From NCBI GenBank assembly GCA_965660445.1, contig CBFIAK010000002.1, positions 32,001 to 96,000 on the forward strand: a stretch of 64,000 nucleotides of DNA, given 5' to 3'. Source of the stretch: Patescibacteria group bacterium (GTDB lineage Bacteria > Patescibacteriota > Gracilibacteria > UBA4473). The notes below the pieces were generated by a model. It did no database searches and was not told the origin of the DNA. It saw only the letters and a program-made list of their open reading frames with translations. Positions 11,031-21,758 of this stretch are shown here, in pieces. A program made the position numbers and the translations under genes. Each line of letters opens with the position of its first letter. Position 1 is the first letter of the stretch.

Positions 11031-11100
11031 TTTCTTTTAATGTACTCTTCTTTTTTCGTATTTGCATTTTTTTTTTGTTTTCGAGACAATAAGAATGTTC

Positions 11101-13332
11101 ATGAATCGTTTCATCTTTCTATTCCTCTTTTCGTTTTTTTCTCTTATTGCGCTTGAGTCACATGCCGACTTTGTTCGTGATTCAGGAATAGATCTTGATG
11201 CGTCTCAATTAGTGATTGATTTTACAGCTCCCGTGCTATTACCACATTTAGAAGGAGAATATCCAGCGTTTGAGTGTTTTGGGTTTTTTGAGTCTCCAGT
11301 GACCGTTTCTTTTCAGAGCATAGGCATGACCGATCCGGATAATTTAACAGCGGTGTTACAAAACACAGCCAATGGAGGATGTTTTCGTCAAGCAGGAACA
11401 TACGAACTTGATGTTTTTGTACAAGACAAAGCCGGAAACACAGCCTTTTCTTCTGTATTTCCAGTTGTGATTGAAGTACTTCCATCAGACCCACATCCAT
11501 CACAAATCACCCATCATGTTACTTATGATGACAACAATAAAGCCACTCCATCATTAGCCAATGATAGCGATAAAACAATTTATACTCTTATTTTGAAAGA
11601 TTTTGCAGGAAACCCCGTGACTCAAATTGATGGAGATGATATTCAATTGCCGGCTGGATATGTGGTTGATACCAACGGTCAAACAGATGCAAATACAGGA
11701 TTATCTTTTCTTGATGGATTTGCAAACCAAGAAGTGAATACAGATGCGGCATGGATTCAGTTATCGTTTAAAGCAAAAGCCCCAACTGTTGCCAAAGTAG
11801 GGGACCATTTGGCTCGGTTTACTGATGATTGGTCATTGAGAATGTCGGATATACAAGTCGCTGATATCAATAGTGCGGGTGGGGTTGTGGGAGGCGTTTG
11901 GAACCCGGTTTCGGTAACCACTCCTGTGAGAGTTGCATTTCAACCACTTTTCACCCTTATTCCTAAAGCACTGGAAGACTCTGTAATGGGGGAAACACAA
12001 GATGCTATCTATATTCTTGACTCTGATTATGTTCACCCTGAAGATCCTGATCCACCTACAGGAAGTAATAATGCCTCTCGTTTTTTCTTAGAATTGCAGT
12101 CCAAGGATTCCGGAATTTCTCTTAATTCATTTGCGGTTCGGAATGAGGATTCTTGGCTTAGTTATTATAATAATCTAGCAAGTAATAGTTTTTCTCCTTC
12201 TGTAGAACTTGATACGACCTTTTATGATTGGGGATTGGCTGATCCTGAAGATGATGATTCATGGTCATATTATATTCAAAAAACGGCAGGGTTTGTGCGT
12301 GATATGAGTACAGAAAAATATCCGTTATCACTCGTTGTTGAAGGAAACTACAGTGTCGGAGGATCGCCTATTTCTTATCCAATGGGAGGAAGTGGGTTTC
12401 ATGAAACCGATGTGCTGAACCCAGCAAATAATAATCCGAATGATTTTATTGATTTAACAACTCGGAATGGAGGTGTTTCAGGAGCAGGAACACTTGGTTA
12501 TAATTCGATTTCTGGTGGGTCTGTGCCACCATTAGGAGCTGATGTGGTGGGGGCAGTAAGAGGCGTGATTGATAGCCGAATGACATCATCGTCTTCAGTA
12601 CTCGTATCTGGAACAGTTGGAGAAGATGCTCGTTCGATCTTGTATGATAATGCTCTTTCGCTTATTCGTGGTATAGAAGAATCATGTCTCAACCCCATAG
12701 AACAAGATAGAGCATTGCAAATATCAGTATTTGACACTTGTGATGTGGTGGTCGTTAATGATGGAGGCGATGTGCGATTCGCTTCTGGATGGAATCAAGG
12801 TATTATGCTTCTTCCTGCAGGGCAAAAAACATTGATTGTACAAAATGCAAATGTGATTATAGAAGGGAATATGATGTATGGGAATCCGAATGATGCGTTT
12901 GGTATTATGGCTATTAATACTCCGCTTCGTCCATTTCCAGAAACAGGAAACATATTTGTGCGATCAGATATACAACAAATAGTTGGTCATTTATTTTTAG
13001 AAGGAGCATTTGTGAGTAATGATGGAGATAGTATTTGGGATGCGAATACTGGAACTGACCAGAATCAATTGGTATTTCAGGGTACGTTCTTAACGCATAA
13101 TACATTGGGAGGGAGTCGTATTACGCCTGTGAGAACTCCATGGGAAAGAACAAATGATACATTGCAATTGGTTCCTGTAGAGATAGAGGATCAGCGATTA
13201 TCTCAGATTTATGATTTGCACTGGGTAAGAACAGGGAATTCTATGCCGGTTCATCTTTCAAATCAAAACGCATTTGTACTTGAAGTCAAACCACCACTTA
13301 TTTCTCCTCCTGGATTTGTGCATCAAGAATAG
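11101..13332 (+). CDS. Large secreted/surface hypothetical protein
   Basis: Long ORF; signal peptide MNRFIFLFLF..SHA; beta-rich Ig-like segments. Confidence 0.7.
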   Translation: MNRFIFLFLFSFFSLIALESHADFVRDSGIDLDASQLVIDFTAPVLLPHLEGEYPAFECFGFFESPVTVSFQSIGMTDPDNLTAVLQNTANGGCFRQAGTYELDVFVQDKAGNTAFSSVFPVVIEVLPSDPHPSQITHHVTYDDNNKATPSLANDSDKTIYTLILKDFAGNPVTQIDGDDIQLPAGYVVDTNGQTDANTGLSFLDGFANQEVNTDAAWIQLSFKAKAPTVAKVGDHLARFTDDWSLRMSDIQVADINSAGGVVGGVWNPVSVTTPVRVAFQPLFTLIPKALEDSVMGETQDAIYILDSDYVHPEDPDPPTGSNNASRFFLELQSKDSGISLNSFAVRNEDSWLSYYNNLASNSFSPSVELDTTFYDWGLADPEDDDSWSYYIQKTAGFVRDMSTEKYPLSLVVEGNYSVGGSPISYPMGGSGFHETDVLNPANNNPNDFIDLTTRNGGVSGAGTLGYNSISGGSVPPLGADVVGAVRGVIDSRMTSSSSVLVSGTVGEDARSILYDNALSLIRGIEESCLNPIEQDRALQISVFDTCDVVVVNDGGDVRFASGWNQGIMLLPAGQKTLIVQNANVIIEGNMMYGNPNDAFGIMAINTPLRPFPETGNIFVRSDIQQIVGHLFLEGAFVSNDGDSIWDANTGTDQNQLVFQGTFLTHNTLGGSRITPVRTPWERTNDTLQLVPVEIEDQRLSQIYDLHWVRTGNSMPVHLSNQNAFVLEVKPPLISPPGFVHQE

Positions 13333-13392
13333 CATTTTTAGATTGAGGAGTTTGTTTTGCAAAACAAGAAAAGAGAGTATTATACGTGTACT

Positions 13393-14094
13393 ATGTTGCG
13401 ATTTGAATCAGTTTCGCTTTCATTTGATGAACATCCCGTTTTGTCTGATGTTTCTTTTGTTATTCAACCCGGAGAAAAAGTAGGTATTATTGGTGCGTCT
13501 GGAGCAGGGAAGTCTTCCTTATTTAAGCTCCTTATTGGAGAACTGCGGCCAACAACAGGATCAATTTATGTTGATGATATATCCTTGGGAGATTTATCTC
13601 TTTCTGGTATTCAAGAATATCGTCGTCATATCGGGGTGGTATTTCAGGATTTTCGTTTGTTACCTCAAAAGACAGTTTTTGAAAACTTATCGTTTGCGCT
13701 TGAGGTATGTGGTAAAGAAGATGATATACTTGAAAAAGCAGAAACACTTCTTTCGACCGTTGGTCTTTTAGATGCCTACAATCAGTTTCCCAACTCTCTT
13801 TCGGGAGGAGAACGCCAGAGACTTGCTATCGCTCGCGCGTTAATTCATGATCCACGAATTCTTATTGCCGATGAACCAACAGGAAATCTTGATCCTCAAA
13901 ATGCAAAAGATATTGCGTATTTGTTCCGAAACCTTCATGAAGAAAAAGGATTAACCTGTATTTGTGCAACACATGATCCTCAATTTATTGATATATTAAG
14001 ACCCCGTATTATACGAGTTGCAAACGGTACCATTCTTGCTGATGAACCGTATAACACAACTATTGAGGCCTTTGGCGACCTATTGCGTTTGTGA
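13393..14094 (+). CDS. ftsE: FtsE-like ABC ATP-binding protein
   Basis: GASGAGKS, IGVVFQDFRLL, LSGGERQR, ADEPTGNLDP; no adjacent ftsX. Confidence 0.75.
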   Translation: MLRFESVSLSFDEHPVLSDVSFVIQPGEKVGIIGASGAGKSSLFKLLIGELRPTTGSIYVDDISLGDLSLSGIQEYRRHIGVVFQDFRLLPQKTVFENLSFALEVCGKEDDILEKAETLLSTVGLLDAYNQFPNSLSGGERQRLAIARALIHDPRILIADEPTGNLDPQNAKDIAYLFRNLHEEKGLTCICATHDPQFIDILRPRIIRVANGTILADEPYNTTIEAFGDLLRL

Positions 14095-16323
14095 GTCGCT
14101 AATAGATTGGTTTATAAACTCAAGTCCTTCCGTAATACTATAGTTTTGATTACTTTGTTTTTGTGCACGATTGAGGAGTATGGTTATATCGGATAGTTGT
14201 TCTGATTCTTTGTTGAATAAAAAATGTATTCTTGATTCTCGGTGTATTACGTCTTGAATTTTAAATTGTGTGTATTCCCAGTTTGTAATTTCTATATGAG
14301 ATTTATTGATTCGGAGTCCATATGCGTTAAAAAGTTGAATAATGTTATTTTTTACCTGTAGTGCTTGTTGAGTTTCTTGAGGAATTCGAATGTTTATTGA
14401 ACTTGGTTCTGTTGACGAAGTATTCGTTTGATTATTCCAAAATTTCTCGAGTATAAGTGGTTGAATAGTTTGTGCTCCACGAATATGAATGAGCGTGTTG
14501 TCTTCTTTTATATTCGTAAACACTTGAGATTTATAATAAAACTGACCAGAAAGAGAAATTGTTCCTTTTTTGGCTTGTGAAAACTCAACTGATGGGTTTG
14601 CTCCATCGATTTCTTTTATTTGCATAGTATTTGTTTCCCATCCGTTTTTTTCTAAAAATGTAAAGAGATCATCAGTATTATTTATCCCTCCTATGTGCTT
14701 TGGAACAGTTTCTATTTGAGGAATGATCCGCTCACCTCCTATTGTATAATTTTTTTGTTCTTCTTCTTGTTCTTTTATTCTTTGTATTGATTCTGTATTT
14801 ATGTTTCCGTCTCCAATTTTTTTAATAATTTGGATTATATCTCGTTCGGTTTGCGTAAAAATTGTAATTTTTAAATCAGCCTCAATAGAATCAATATTGA
14901 GTATTCTATATGACTGCATCAGCGTACTTAATGGAATGGTATGCATACGCGCGGCAATAGATTTTTCAATAAAAACCATGATGTCTTTTCCATTTTCAAG
15001 AATGAGTTCTTGTCTTTTTTCAAGATGATTTTCTGTGTCTAATTCTGTTTCAATAAGTATTTTATGAGTTTCAAATGTATCTTCGTTTTGTAATTGTGTA
15101 TGGAGTTGAAGGTTTTCACTGAGCAGTCTTCGAATCCGTGTGTATGTTTGAGTTGGAATGGTTTTCTTGAGTTGTGGGTTTGTTTCAATCATTTTTTTTA
15201 TATTGATGATTGATTCTTTTGCTTCATTCCATTGTTTTTCAAAAATAAATACTTCTGCGGTGTTCCAGAGTGTCGATATATTTTCATCGCTATAAAAAAA
15301 CATATACAGTTCGTTTGAAGGATTTAAACTAGCACGCCAAAACTTATAGATATGTTGATACGTTTCCCACATATCCTTGTATTTGGGTAGATTATTCAGT
15401 GCATCTTTGAGTATAAGTTGGTTCTCTGTTGATTCAAACATTGATTTTTGTGTTTGTGCTGTTTCGAAATCTCCTTCTTGTAAGGCATTCAAGAATACAA
15501 AAAATGGTTTTATTGATTTGAAAAATGCATCTTCATTTTTTTCTGATTGAGAGAGTCCTACCGCATTTTTTTGAAGTGATTGAATTGATTCAATGTTTTG
15601 TGAAATTGTTTGATAAAAAATTCCTTCTTTTGATTGTTGTATGAACTCGGATACGAGGTTTCTTCGTTCTTGTATCCTTTTTTGAGTAGGTTGTGCAAGT
15701 GCTAAAAGTTCTGGTTCTGTTGTATTAGGACGCAGTCTTAATAACTTTTTTAGTTTTGAATAAAACAAAATACCCGTTCTCTCAGAAATAAACCGTTCAT
15801 TTATGAGTACATTCATGCCCGAAGGAACAATAAATGGTTCTTGTATACCATCAAATAAAAGCTCAATTGATTGTCCTTCATTGACAATAGAAATGCTGTG
15901 TTCTTGTTTTTGAATGACCAGCGTGCTTTTTGGGTTTCGTATTCGTATTTTTCCGACGAATATCTCGTTTTTTCCAATTGATGATTGTGACTGTAAAAAT
16001 GGGAATGTATGGATGCTTTTTTCGGGGTTTGAAAAATATGTACTCCATATAAGTGTTCCGTTGTTGAGCATTCTTTCGTTTTGGTTCCAGTCAGTATTAT
16101 TGTCGAGTTTCTCAAATAATTCTCCATTCGTATCCCATATTTCAGCAGGAAAACTTCCGCCATTTTCTTCAAATGTTTTCCATGTATCTCTTTCTGATTG
16201 TGTAAGAGACCAGATTTTGACTGTATTCAAATTTATCGGCTTTTTGTCTTGCACTATAAAGAGGATGCTATAGAGGCATCCCACAATACAGGCAAGAATT
16301 TGAAGTGTTTTTGTTTTCATCAA
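14080..16323 (-). CDS. Hypothetical membrane-anchored protein
   Basis: 747-aa ORF with one N-terminal TM; no recognised motif. Confidence 0.7.
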   Translation of the reverse strand: MMKTKTLQILACIVGCLYSILFIVQDKKPINLNTVKIWSLTQSERDTWKTFEENGGSFPAEIWDTNGELFEKLDNNTDWNQNERMLNNGTLIWSTYFSNPEKSIHTFPFLQSQSSIGKNEIFVGKIRIRNPKSTLVIQKQEHSISIVNEGQSIELLFDGIQEPFIVPSGMNVLINERFISERTGILFYSKLKKLLRLRPNTTEPELLALAQPTQKRIQERRNLVSEFIQQSKEGIFYQTISQNIESIQSLQKNAVGLSQSEKNEDAFFKSIKPFFVFLNALQEGDFETAQTQKSMFESTENQLILKDALNNLPKYKDMWETYQHIYKFWRASLNPSNELYMFFYSDENISTLWNTAEVFIFEKQWNEAKESIINIKKMIETNPQLKKTIPTQTYTRIRRLLSENLQLHTQLQNEDTFETHKILIETELDTENHLEKRQELILENGKDIMVFIEKSIAARMHTIPLSTLMQSYRILNIDSIEADLKITIFTQTERDIIQIIKKIGDGNINTESIQRIKEQEEEQKNYTIGGERIIPQIETVPKHIGGINNTDDLFTFLEKNGWETNTMQIKEIDGANPSVEFSQAKKGTISLSGQFYYKSQVFTNIKEDNTLIHIRGAQTIQPLILEKFWNNQTNTSSTEPSSINIRIPQETQQALQVKNNIIQLFNAYGLRINKSHIEITNWEYTQFKIQDVIHRESRIHFLFNKESEQLSDITILLNRAQKQSNQNYSITEGLEFINQSISDSQTQ

Positions 16324-16456
16324 AAAGACGTATGAAATCCCACCATTATACCATATATCTATTCTTTATTCAAACAAAACAATCTTTTTTTGTGTATCAA
16401 GATCGATTTGTTTTTTTTAAGTTTCATTTATTTCTTTTTTATGATATAATAGGAGG

Positions 16457-17596
16457 ATGTCTGAATTCATTCAATTCCTTACCTCATCTTCATTCTTGCT
16501 TTATGCAAGTATGAGTTTAGTGCCAATACTCGGATGGATTTATTTCGCCCAACGGCTTCATCATGAACGTCGATGGTATGTTTTTATAACATTTCTTGCG
16601 GGAATGCTTTCTGTGCTCCCGATTAAACTCTATGAGCGATATTTTCATTTTGGAGTACTGTATCTTGAACATACGAACCTATTTACGTATTTAGGGGATC
16701 TTTTCTTTAGTCCTTCTCTTCCAACACTTTTAGCATATGTTTTCGTAAACGGAGTTGTAGCACTTGCTCTGTTTTTTTTCTCAGCGTTCCTTCTTTTTCT
16801 TCTTGAGATTCTTACAGGAGATAATACAATTCGAGTTTTTCAGAACAAGTTTCAGAAAATACTAGAAATGCCTTTTATTTTTCTGTTTATTGGTTTTTTC
16901 ATTGGTTTGTGTTCATACTTCTTTTCTTCTTTTACGGGAAATGTATCTTGGTTTGGATATGAAGTATCTCAAACAGTCTCTTTCTTTCTCGTCGTTGGGA
17001 TGCTTGAAGAATATATTAAACACCTTATGCTTCGGTTTTCAGATGAAGAAAAAATAGAAACCGTTGATGATGCTGTTTCGTTTTCTATTATCATTGCTCT
17101 TGGGTTTGCGTTTGTGGAAAACATTATGTATCTGAATAATTTTTCTTACAGCTATAACTCTCTTGCTTCATTTTTAGTACTTTTCTTTTTAAGAGCCGTT
17201 ATTCCAGTAGCCGCTCATATATCTTTTTCTGCTATTGTTGGATACTTTTATGGTATTGCTTTATTCGCAAATGATATTGTGCGTGATGAAGTGTTTCGTG
17301 CACAACACAAAGTACTCGTAAAAGTTCATAAAATCGTTCATTTAAAAACATCAACATTATTTCATGAAGAAAAAATATTTGAAGGTCTTTTTATTGCCAT
17401 GATTGTCCATACTATTTTCAATTTATTACTTCAATTTACGACTATTTGGGTTGTTCTTCCGTTTTTAGTGATTTGTATGCTTTTTACTATTTCATTTTTT
17501 GATTCTCTTCATTTTTATAGAAAACATAAGTACCTAAAAGAAGATACATCAATGCCAATACTACTCGATAAAGATCCTGTACTTTTAGATCGTTAG
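16457..17596 (+). CDS. PrsW-family intramembrane metalloprotease
   Basis: EEYIK, LGFAFVEN, AH and H..FN motifs; many TMs. Confidence 0.85.
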   Translation: MSEFIQFLTSSSFLLYASMSLVPILGWIYFAQRLHHERRWYVFITFLAGMLSVLPIKLYERYFHFGVLYLEHTNLFTYLGDLFFSPSLPTLLAYVFVNGVVALALFFFSAFLLFLLEILTGDNTIRVFQNKFQKILEMPFIFLFIGFFIGLCSYFFSSFTGNVSWFGYEVSQTVSFFLVVGMLEEYIKHLMLRFSDEEKIETVDDAVSFSIIIALGFAFVENIMYLNNFSYSYNSLASFLVLFFLRAVIPVAAHISFSAIVGYFYGIALFANDIVRDEVFRAQHKVLVKVHKIVHLKTSTLFHEEKIFEGLFIAMIVHTIFNLLLQFTTIWVVLPFLVICMLFTISFFDSLHFYRKHKYLKEDTSMPILLDKDPVLLDR

Positions 17597-18543
17597 TGAC
17601 TTATATGTTTTATACGGTGGAGAATGTGATTATGGGGATGGTTATGGTGATGTAATTGTGTAAGAATAAGCCCTGTAAAAATGCATAAACCTCCCCATAT
17701 ATGATGCGAAAAAAGCATTTCTCCTAAAATAACAACAGCAAAAAAAACACCAAAGAGGGGATTGAGTAGATACATAAGTGATGCTTGTGTTGCTGAAAGT
17801 ATTTCGAGTGATTTATACCAGAGAATCTGAGCGCCCATTATTACTAGTAGTGCATAGAGGATGAGTGGTAATAAGACGGTTTCTTGAGTGAGTGCTTGAA
17901 AATTATGATTATGACTTGAAAAGAATGGGAAAAGTGTTGATAAAAAAATCGCACCTGTTGTGTTTCTGAGTAATACCACTATTTGTGGTTGAATATCGGA
18001 TAAAAATCGTTTAAAAAGAGTATTACTCACAGCCGTTAGAAAACAAGCCATAGTTATAAAAATATATCCAATATTAACATCAAGTGTATTGATAGATCCT
18101 TTCATCGCAATAATTGCTAGTCCTATAAGTAAACAAGTGAACCCTCCGATTTGTTGTGCACTTATACGTTCATTTAAAAATAAAACACCTAATACTCCTA
18201 AGAATATAGGACTCATGCCTCCGAGTAATACCGCTTCATTGGCTTGTATGTGTTGCAGTCCTGAAAATGACAAAAAAGGAATAATGACCCCTGATAAAAT
18301 AGAAACAAGGAGAATCCATATTTTTTGTTTGTGGGGAATATGAAAAATTGTTTTTATTTCGGGTACTACTCCAAAAAATAAAAGCAATACCAGAAGTGAT
18401 AATGATTGTCCAAGAAGTATAAGTGTGTGTGGAGGAAAATGTTCTAACAGCATTTTCCCAAAAATAGAATAGAGTGAGAAAAATATCATAGCGGTTACTC
18501 CACTTCCTGTAGCAAAAAAGGTTCGTAATGATTGATTATTCAT
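17593..18543 (-). CDS. DMT/EamA family transporter
   Basis: About 10 TMs in two EamA halves (FLNERI, ILGEML); His-rich tail. Confidence 0.85.
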   Translation of the reverse strand: MNNQSLRTFFATGSGVTAMIFFSLYSIFGKMLLEHFPPHTLILLGQSLSLLVLLLFFGVVPEIKTIFHIPHKQKIWILLVSILSGVIIPFLSFSGLQHIQANEAVLLGGMSPIFLGVLGVLFLNERISAQQIGGFTCLLIGLAIIAMKGSINTLDVNIGYIFITMACFLTAVSNTLFKRFLSDIQPQIVVLLRNTTGAIFLSTLFPFFSSHNHNFQALTQETVLLPLILYALLVIMGAQILWYKSLEILSATQASLMYLLNPLFGVFFAVVILGEMLFSHHIWGGLCIFTGLILTQLHHHNHPHNHILHRIKHISH

Positions 18544-18555
18544 AGTTGTGCTCGT

Positions 18556-19008
18556 TTAAAACTCAGTATCGATAAAAACTTGATCACCTATTTTTCCTTG
18601 AAATGTATGAGCGTTTACTTCAAATACAAATCGAGCTTTCTCTTTTGGGTATGCATTTTCGCATTGTTTCTCACAGGGTGAATGTGTTTGTATATCAACA
18701 ATCTGATGGTCTTTATTGATCCAAATAATATCCAGTGGAATAAGTGTATTTTTCATCCAGAATGTATAGTAATCTTCTGTATCAAATACAAAAAGCATAC
18801 CATGATTTGGGTCAAGGAATTCTCGGTTCATAAGTCCTTTCATTTTTTCTTCGGGGGTTTGAGCGATTTCAGCAGTCCATGTTTGTGAACCGATACGAAC
18901 AGAAGTTGTTTGCATTGATGTACGAGATAAAAAGAACGCAGAAATAAAGCTTCCTACGCAGAGAAGAAAGAAGAGTAATCCAATATATGTTTTTGCTTTT
19001 GTTCCCAC
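18556..19008 (-). CDS. DUF192 family protein
   Basis: GLMNRE..GMLFVF..FWMKNTLIPLDIIWI. Confidence 0.9.
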   Translation of the reverse strand: MGTKAKTYIGLLFFLLCVGSFISAFFLSRTSMQTTSVRIGSQTWTAEIAQTPEEKMKGLMNREFLDPNHGMLFVFDTEDYYTFWMKNTLIPLDIIWINKDHQIVDIQTHSPCEKQCENAYPKEKARFVFEVNAHTFQGKIGDQVFIDTEF

Positions 19009-19092
19009 GTTTCTGAGTATACGATTTTTTTATTTTTATAACAATACTTTGTAAAACTTGTTTATTTTTGGTATTCTACCAAACGATTTTTC

Positions 19093-19692
19093 ATGGTTAA
19101 ACGTGTTCGAGCTCATGTTAATCCACTTTCTGTCTTAAAAGAATATGATTTTGAGGGATTTTCGAATAGGTATCCAATAGTCATTGATATTGGTTCCTTT
19201 AAGGGTGAGTTTGTAGAATCACTCGCATTACAACATCCTCGTAAAAACTATATTGCTTTTGAAATACGAGTGCCGATTGCGCAGTTTTTAAAACAAAAAT
19301 TTAAATCGTTCGATAATGTTGTTGTTTTTGATGGCGATGCAGGAAGAAACCTAAAATCGATTCTTCTTTCATCATTAGAAAAGAATATTCCTATTGAAAC
19401 TATTTATATCAATTTTCCAGATCCTTGGTTTAAAGAAAAACATAAGAAACGACGATTTATAACTTCATCGTCGTTAGCGTATTTTTCGACTTTTATCCCA
19501 AAAGAAACCGTGTTTGTGTTTCAAACCGATCAACAATTCCTTTTTGAAGAAACGAAAGAGATCATTACTCATTCTGTCTATAACCATATTGAATATTTTG
19601 ATGACTCTCCTTTTGGAGTTCGGACTGATTGGGAGCAATCAAAAATAGAACAAGGATTTCCTATTTATCGATTAAAGTTTTGGCGTGATTAA
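19093..19692 (+). CDS. trmB: tRNA (guanine-N7)-methyltransferase
   Basis: RVRAHVNPL, DIGSFKG, NFPDPWFKEKHKKRR, QTD. Confidence 0.92.
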   Translation: MVKRVRAHVNPLSVLKEYDFEGFSNRYPIVIDIGSFKGEFVESLALQHPRKNYIAFEIRVPIAQFLKQKFKSFDNVVVFDGDAGRNLKSILLSSLEKNIPIETIYINFPDPWFKEKHKKRRFITSSSLAYFSTFIPKETVFVFQTDQQFLFEETKEIITHSVYNHIEYFDDSPFGVRTDWEQSKIEQGFPIYRLKFWRD

Positions 19693-20143
19693 CAGAAAAA
19701 GAAAACAAGAACTGTCGAGAAAATCGACCATTGTTGTATTTTTGACAACACGCTTTGCACGCAATCATTCTTTTTTTATGAGCTTTGTGTTTTATGGCGC
19801 ATTGTGGGCAAGTGATTGTGTATTTCGCAATTGATGTTTGAATGTCACCAGTGTGGTATCGCACTTTTCCGTTTCCACCTATGCGTATAAGGGTTTCTTT
19901 CCAGATACGGTTATGTTTGTTTTCATGTCCAGCAAGTACATGGGCAATTTCATGAAGAATGGTTTGAGTGACGACTTCTTCGTCATTGATTTCTGTTAAT
20001 GGGCGGGAGAGTGTTATCATTTTTTTTCCGTACCAGCAACATCCTAATCGGGTTTTTGCACGATCAAATCCAAACGTCCAGTCAGAAAGATTATGGATAG
20101 CGAGCAGTTTTTCTGCTTTTTGTTGAGCATCATCAAGGTTCAT
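19661..20143 (-). CDS. SprT-like zinc metalloprotease
   Basis: HEIAH..H motif plus C-terminal CxxC pairs. Confidence 0.85.
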   Translation of the reverse strand: MNLDDAQQKAEKLLAIHNLSDWTFGFDRAKTRLGCCWYGKKMITLSRPLTEINDEEVVTQTILHEIAHVLAGHENKHNRIWKETLIRIGGNGKVRYHTGDIQTSIAKYTITCPQCAIKHKAHKKRMIACKACCQKYNNGRFSRQFLFSFSVNHAKTLIDK

Positions 20144-20637
20144 GTAATTGATTGGGTATAGTGATATTTGTGGAGTATGAGTTGTGGGAAATCAATAACA
20201 AAATAAAATCCGTCATCCGCTAGAGCTCCAGGGTTTAAAAAAAGCGTACCTCCTTTTTTTTCAATTCTGATGCGATGAGTATGTCCATGAAAGATTATAT
20301 CGGGAGAACTTTTTTGTGTATGGGATATTGCATCAGACTCTTTATGTGCCGCAAGGAAAGAAACACCCTCAATATTTTTCTGAATATATGATTGACATTC
20401 AACATTGGGCAAAGCCTCTAATTGTTGAGCAATGGTATCATCAATATCCCAGTTTCCTCTCGTAATCCAAATAGTTATCCGTTGGTATTTCTGACAAACA
20501 GCAAGAAAATCATCTGTAAAACAGTCGCCACAGTGAAGAAGCGTATCAATGCCTGCTTTTTCTATATTTTGCATCGCTTGTGAAAACCGATCAGTGCTAC
20601 TGTGAGAATCAGAAAGAACGACAATACGTTGGCTCAT
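20140..20637 (-). CDS. YfcE-like metallophosphoesterase
   Basis: SDSH, HCGD, GNWD, GHTH, NPG. Confidence 0.9.
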   Translation of the reverse strand: MSQRIVVLSDSHSSTDRFSQAMQNIEKAGIDTLLHCGDCFTDDFLAVCQKYQRITIWITRGNWDIDDTIAQQLEALPNVECQSYIQKNIEGVSFLAAHKESDAISHTQKSSPDIIFHGHTHRIRIEKKGGTLFLNPGALADDGFYFVIDFPQLILHKYHYTQSIT

Positions 20638-20645
20638 ATAATGAA

Positions 20646-21713
20646 TTATGGTGTATAGGGGGAGAGTTTTGGACGTAATCGGCTTTTATAAACACTTAAA
20701 CCAGATGAAGTTCGTGCTCGTCGTTTTTTTTGTTCTTCAATGGGGAGTTTATTTATTTCCTGACACTCTTTTGTACAACAGTTTTCGAATTGTGCCTTAC
20801 ACGAAGAACACTGAATGAATAATAAATGACACGCATCATTTTTACAATTGGTGTGATCATCACAAGGCGTACCACATTGATGGCATTGACTAATAATATC
20901 ATCAGTAATGCGTTCTCCCATGCGTTCATCAAATACAAAGTTTTTTCCGATGTATTTTGACGGAATGCCTTCTTTTTTGCACTGATGAGCATAATAGATA
21001 ATTCCTCCATAGAGCTGATTCACATCCTGAAATCCTTGGTGTTTTAAGTATGCACTTGCTTTTTCACATCGAACTCCTCCAGTACAATACAAGAGCACCT
21101 TTTTATCTTTTTTGTCTTTAAGTGCTTCGATTACTAATGGAAGCTCTTCTCGAAATGTATCAGCATCAGGGCAGAGTGCGTTTTTAAAATGACCAATTTC
21201 ACTTTCGTAATGATTTCTCATATCCACTACTATTGTATCAGGATTTTCAAGAGCCTCGTTAAATTCTCGAGCGGTAAGATGGTTTCCTACATCTGAAGCA
21301 TTGAAAGTATCATCATTGAGTCCATCAGCAACAATTTTCTTTTTCACAATTACTCGTAGTTTATAAAATGATTCATAGTCTTCAACAGCAATTTTTAAAG
21401 GCATATTTTTGAGTTCATCTTTTTCTTGAAGGTATTGTGAAAAAGAATCCCAATGAGGTTCAGGAACATTTATTTGTGCATTTATACCTTCTTGGGCTAC
21501 GTAAACACGCCCCAATACACCGAGTGCATTCCAATCTTTATACAGTTGATTTCTGTATTCTTGAGGGTTTTCAATAGCTACATATCGATAAAAAGAGACG
21601 GTTCGTCTTGCAAACGATTCATTACGGATTTCTTCAAGGAGTTGCGCTTTGCTTTTGCGATTATGAAGAAAAACAGTTTTTGATTTAATCTTTTTCATGG
21701 GCAATATGTTCAA
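20646..21713 (-). CDS. trhO: tRNA U34 hydroxylase TrhO (YceA, rhodanese domain)
   Basis: EGINAQ, DMRNHYE, YCTGGVRCEKAS, FVFDER, C-terminal Cys cluster. Confidence 0.9.
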   Translation of the reverse strand: MNILPMKKIKSKTVFLHNRKSKAQLLEEIRNESFARRTVSFYRYVAIENPQEYRNQLYKDWNALGVLGRVYVAQEGINAQINVPEPHWDSFSQYLQEKDELKNMPLKIAVEDYESFYKLRVIVKKKIVADGLNDDTFNASDVGNHLTAREFNEALENPDTIVVDMRNHYESEIGHFKNALCPDADTFREELPLVIEALKDKKDKKVLLYCTGGVRCEKASAYLKHQGFQDVNQLYGGIIYYAHQCKKEGIPSKYIGKNFVFDERMGERITDDIISQCHQCGTPCDDHTNCKNDACHLLFIQCSSCKAQFENCCTKECQEINKLPIEEQKKRRARTSSGLSVYKSRLRPKLSPYTP

Positions 21714-21758
21714 TACGCCCAGTATTTTAGTAATTCTATATTTTTTTTCTAGTTTTTT

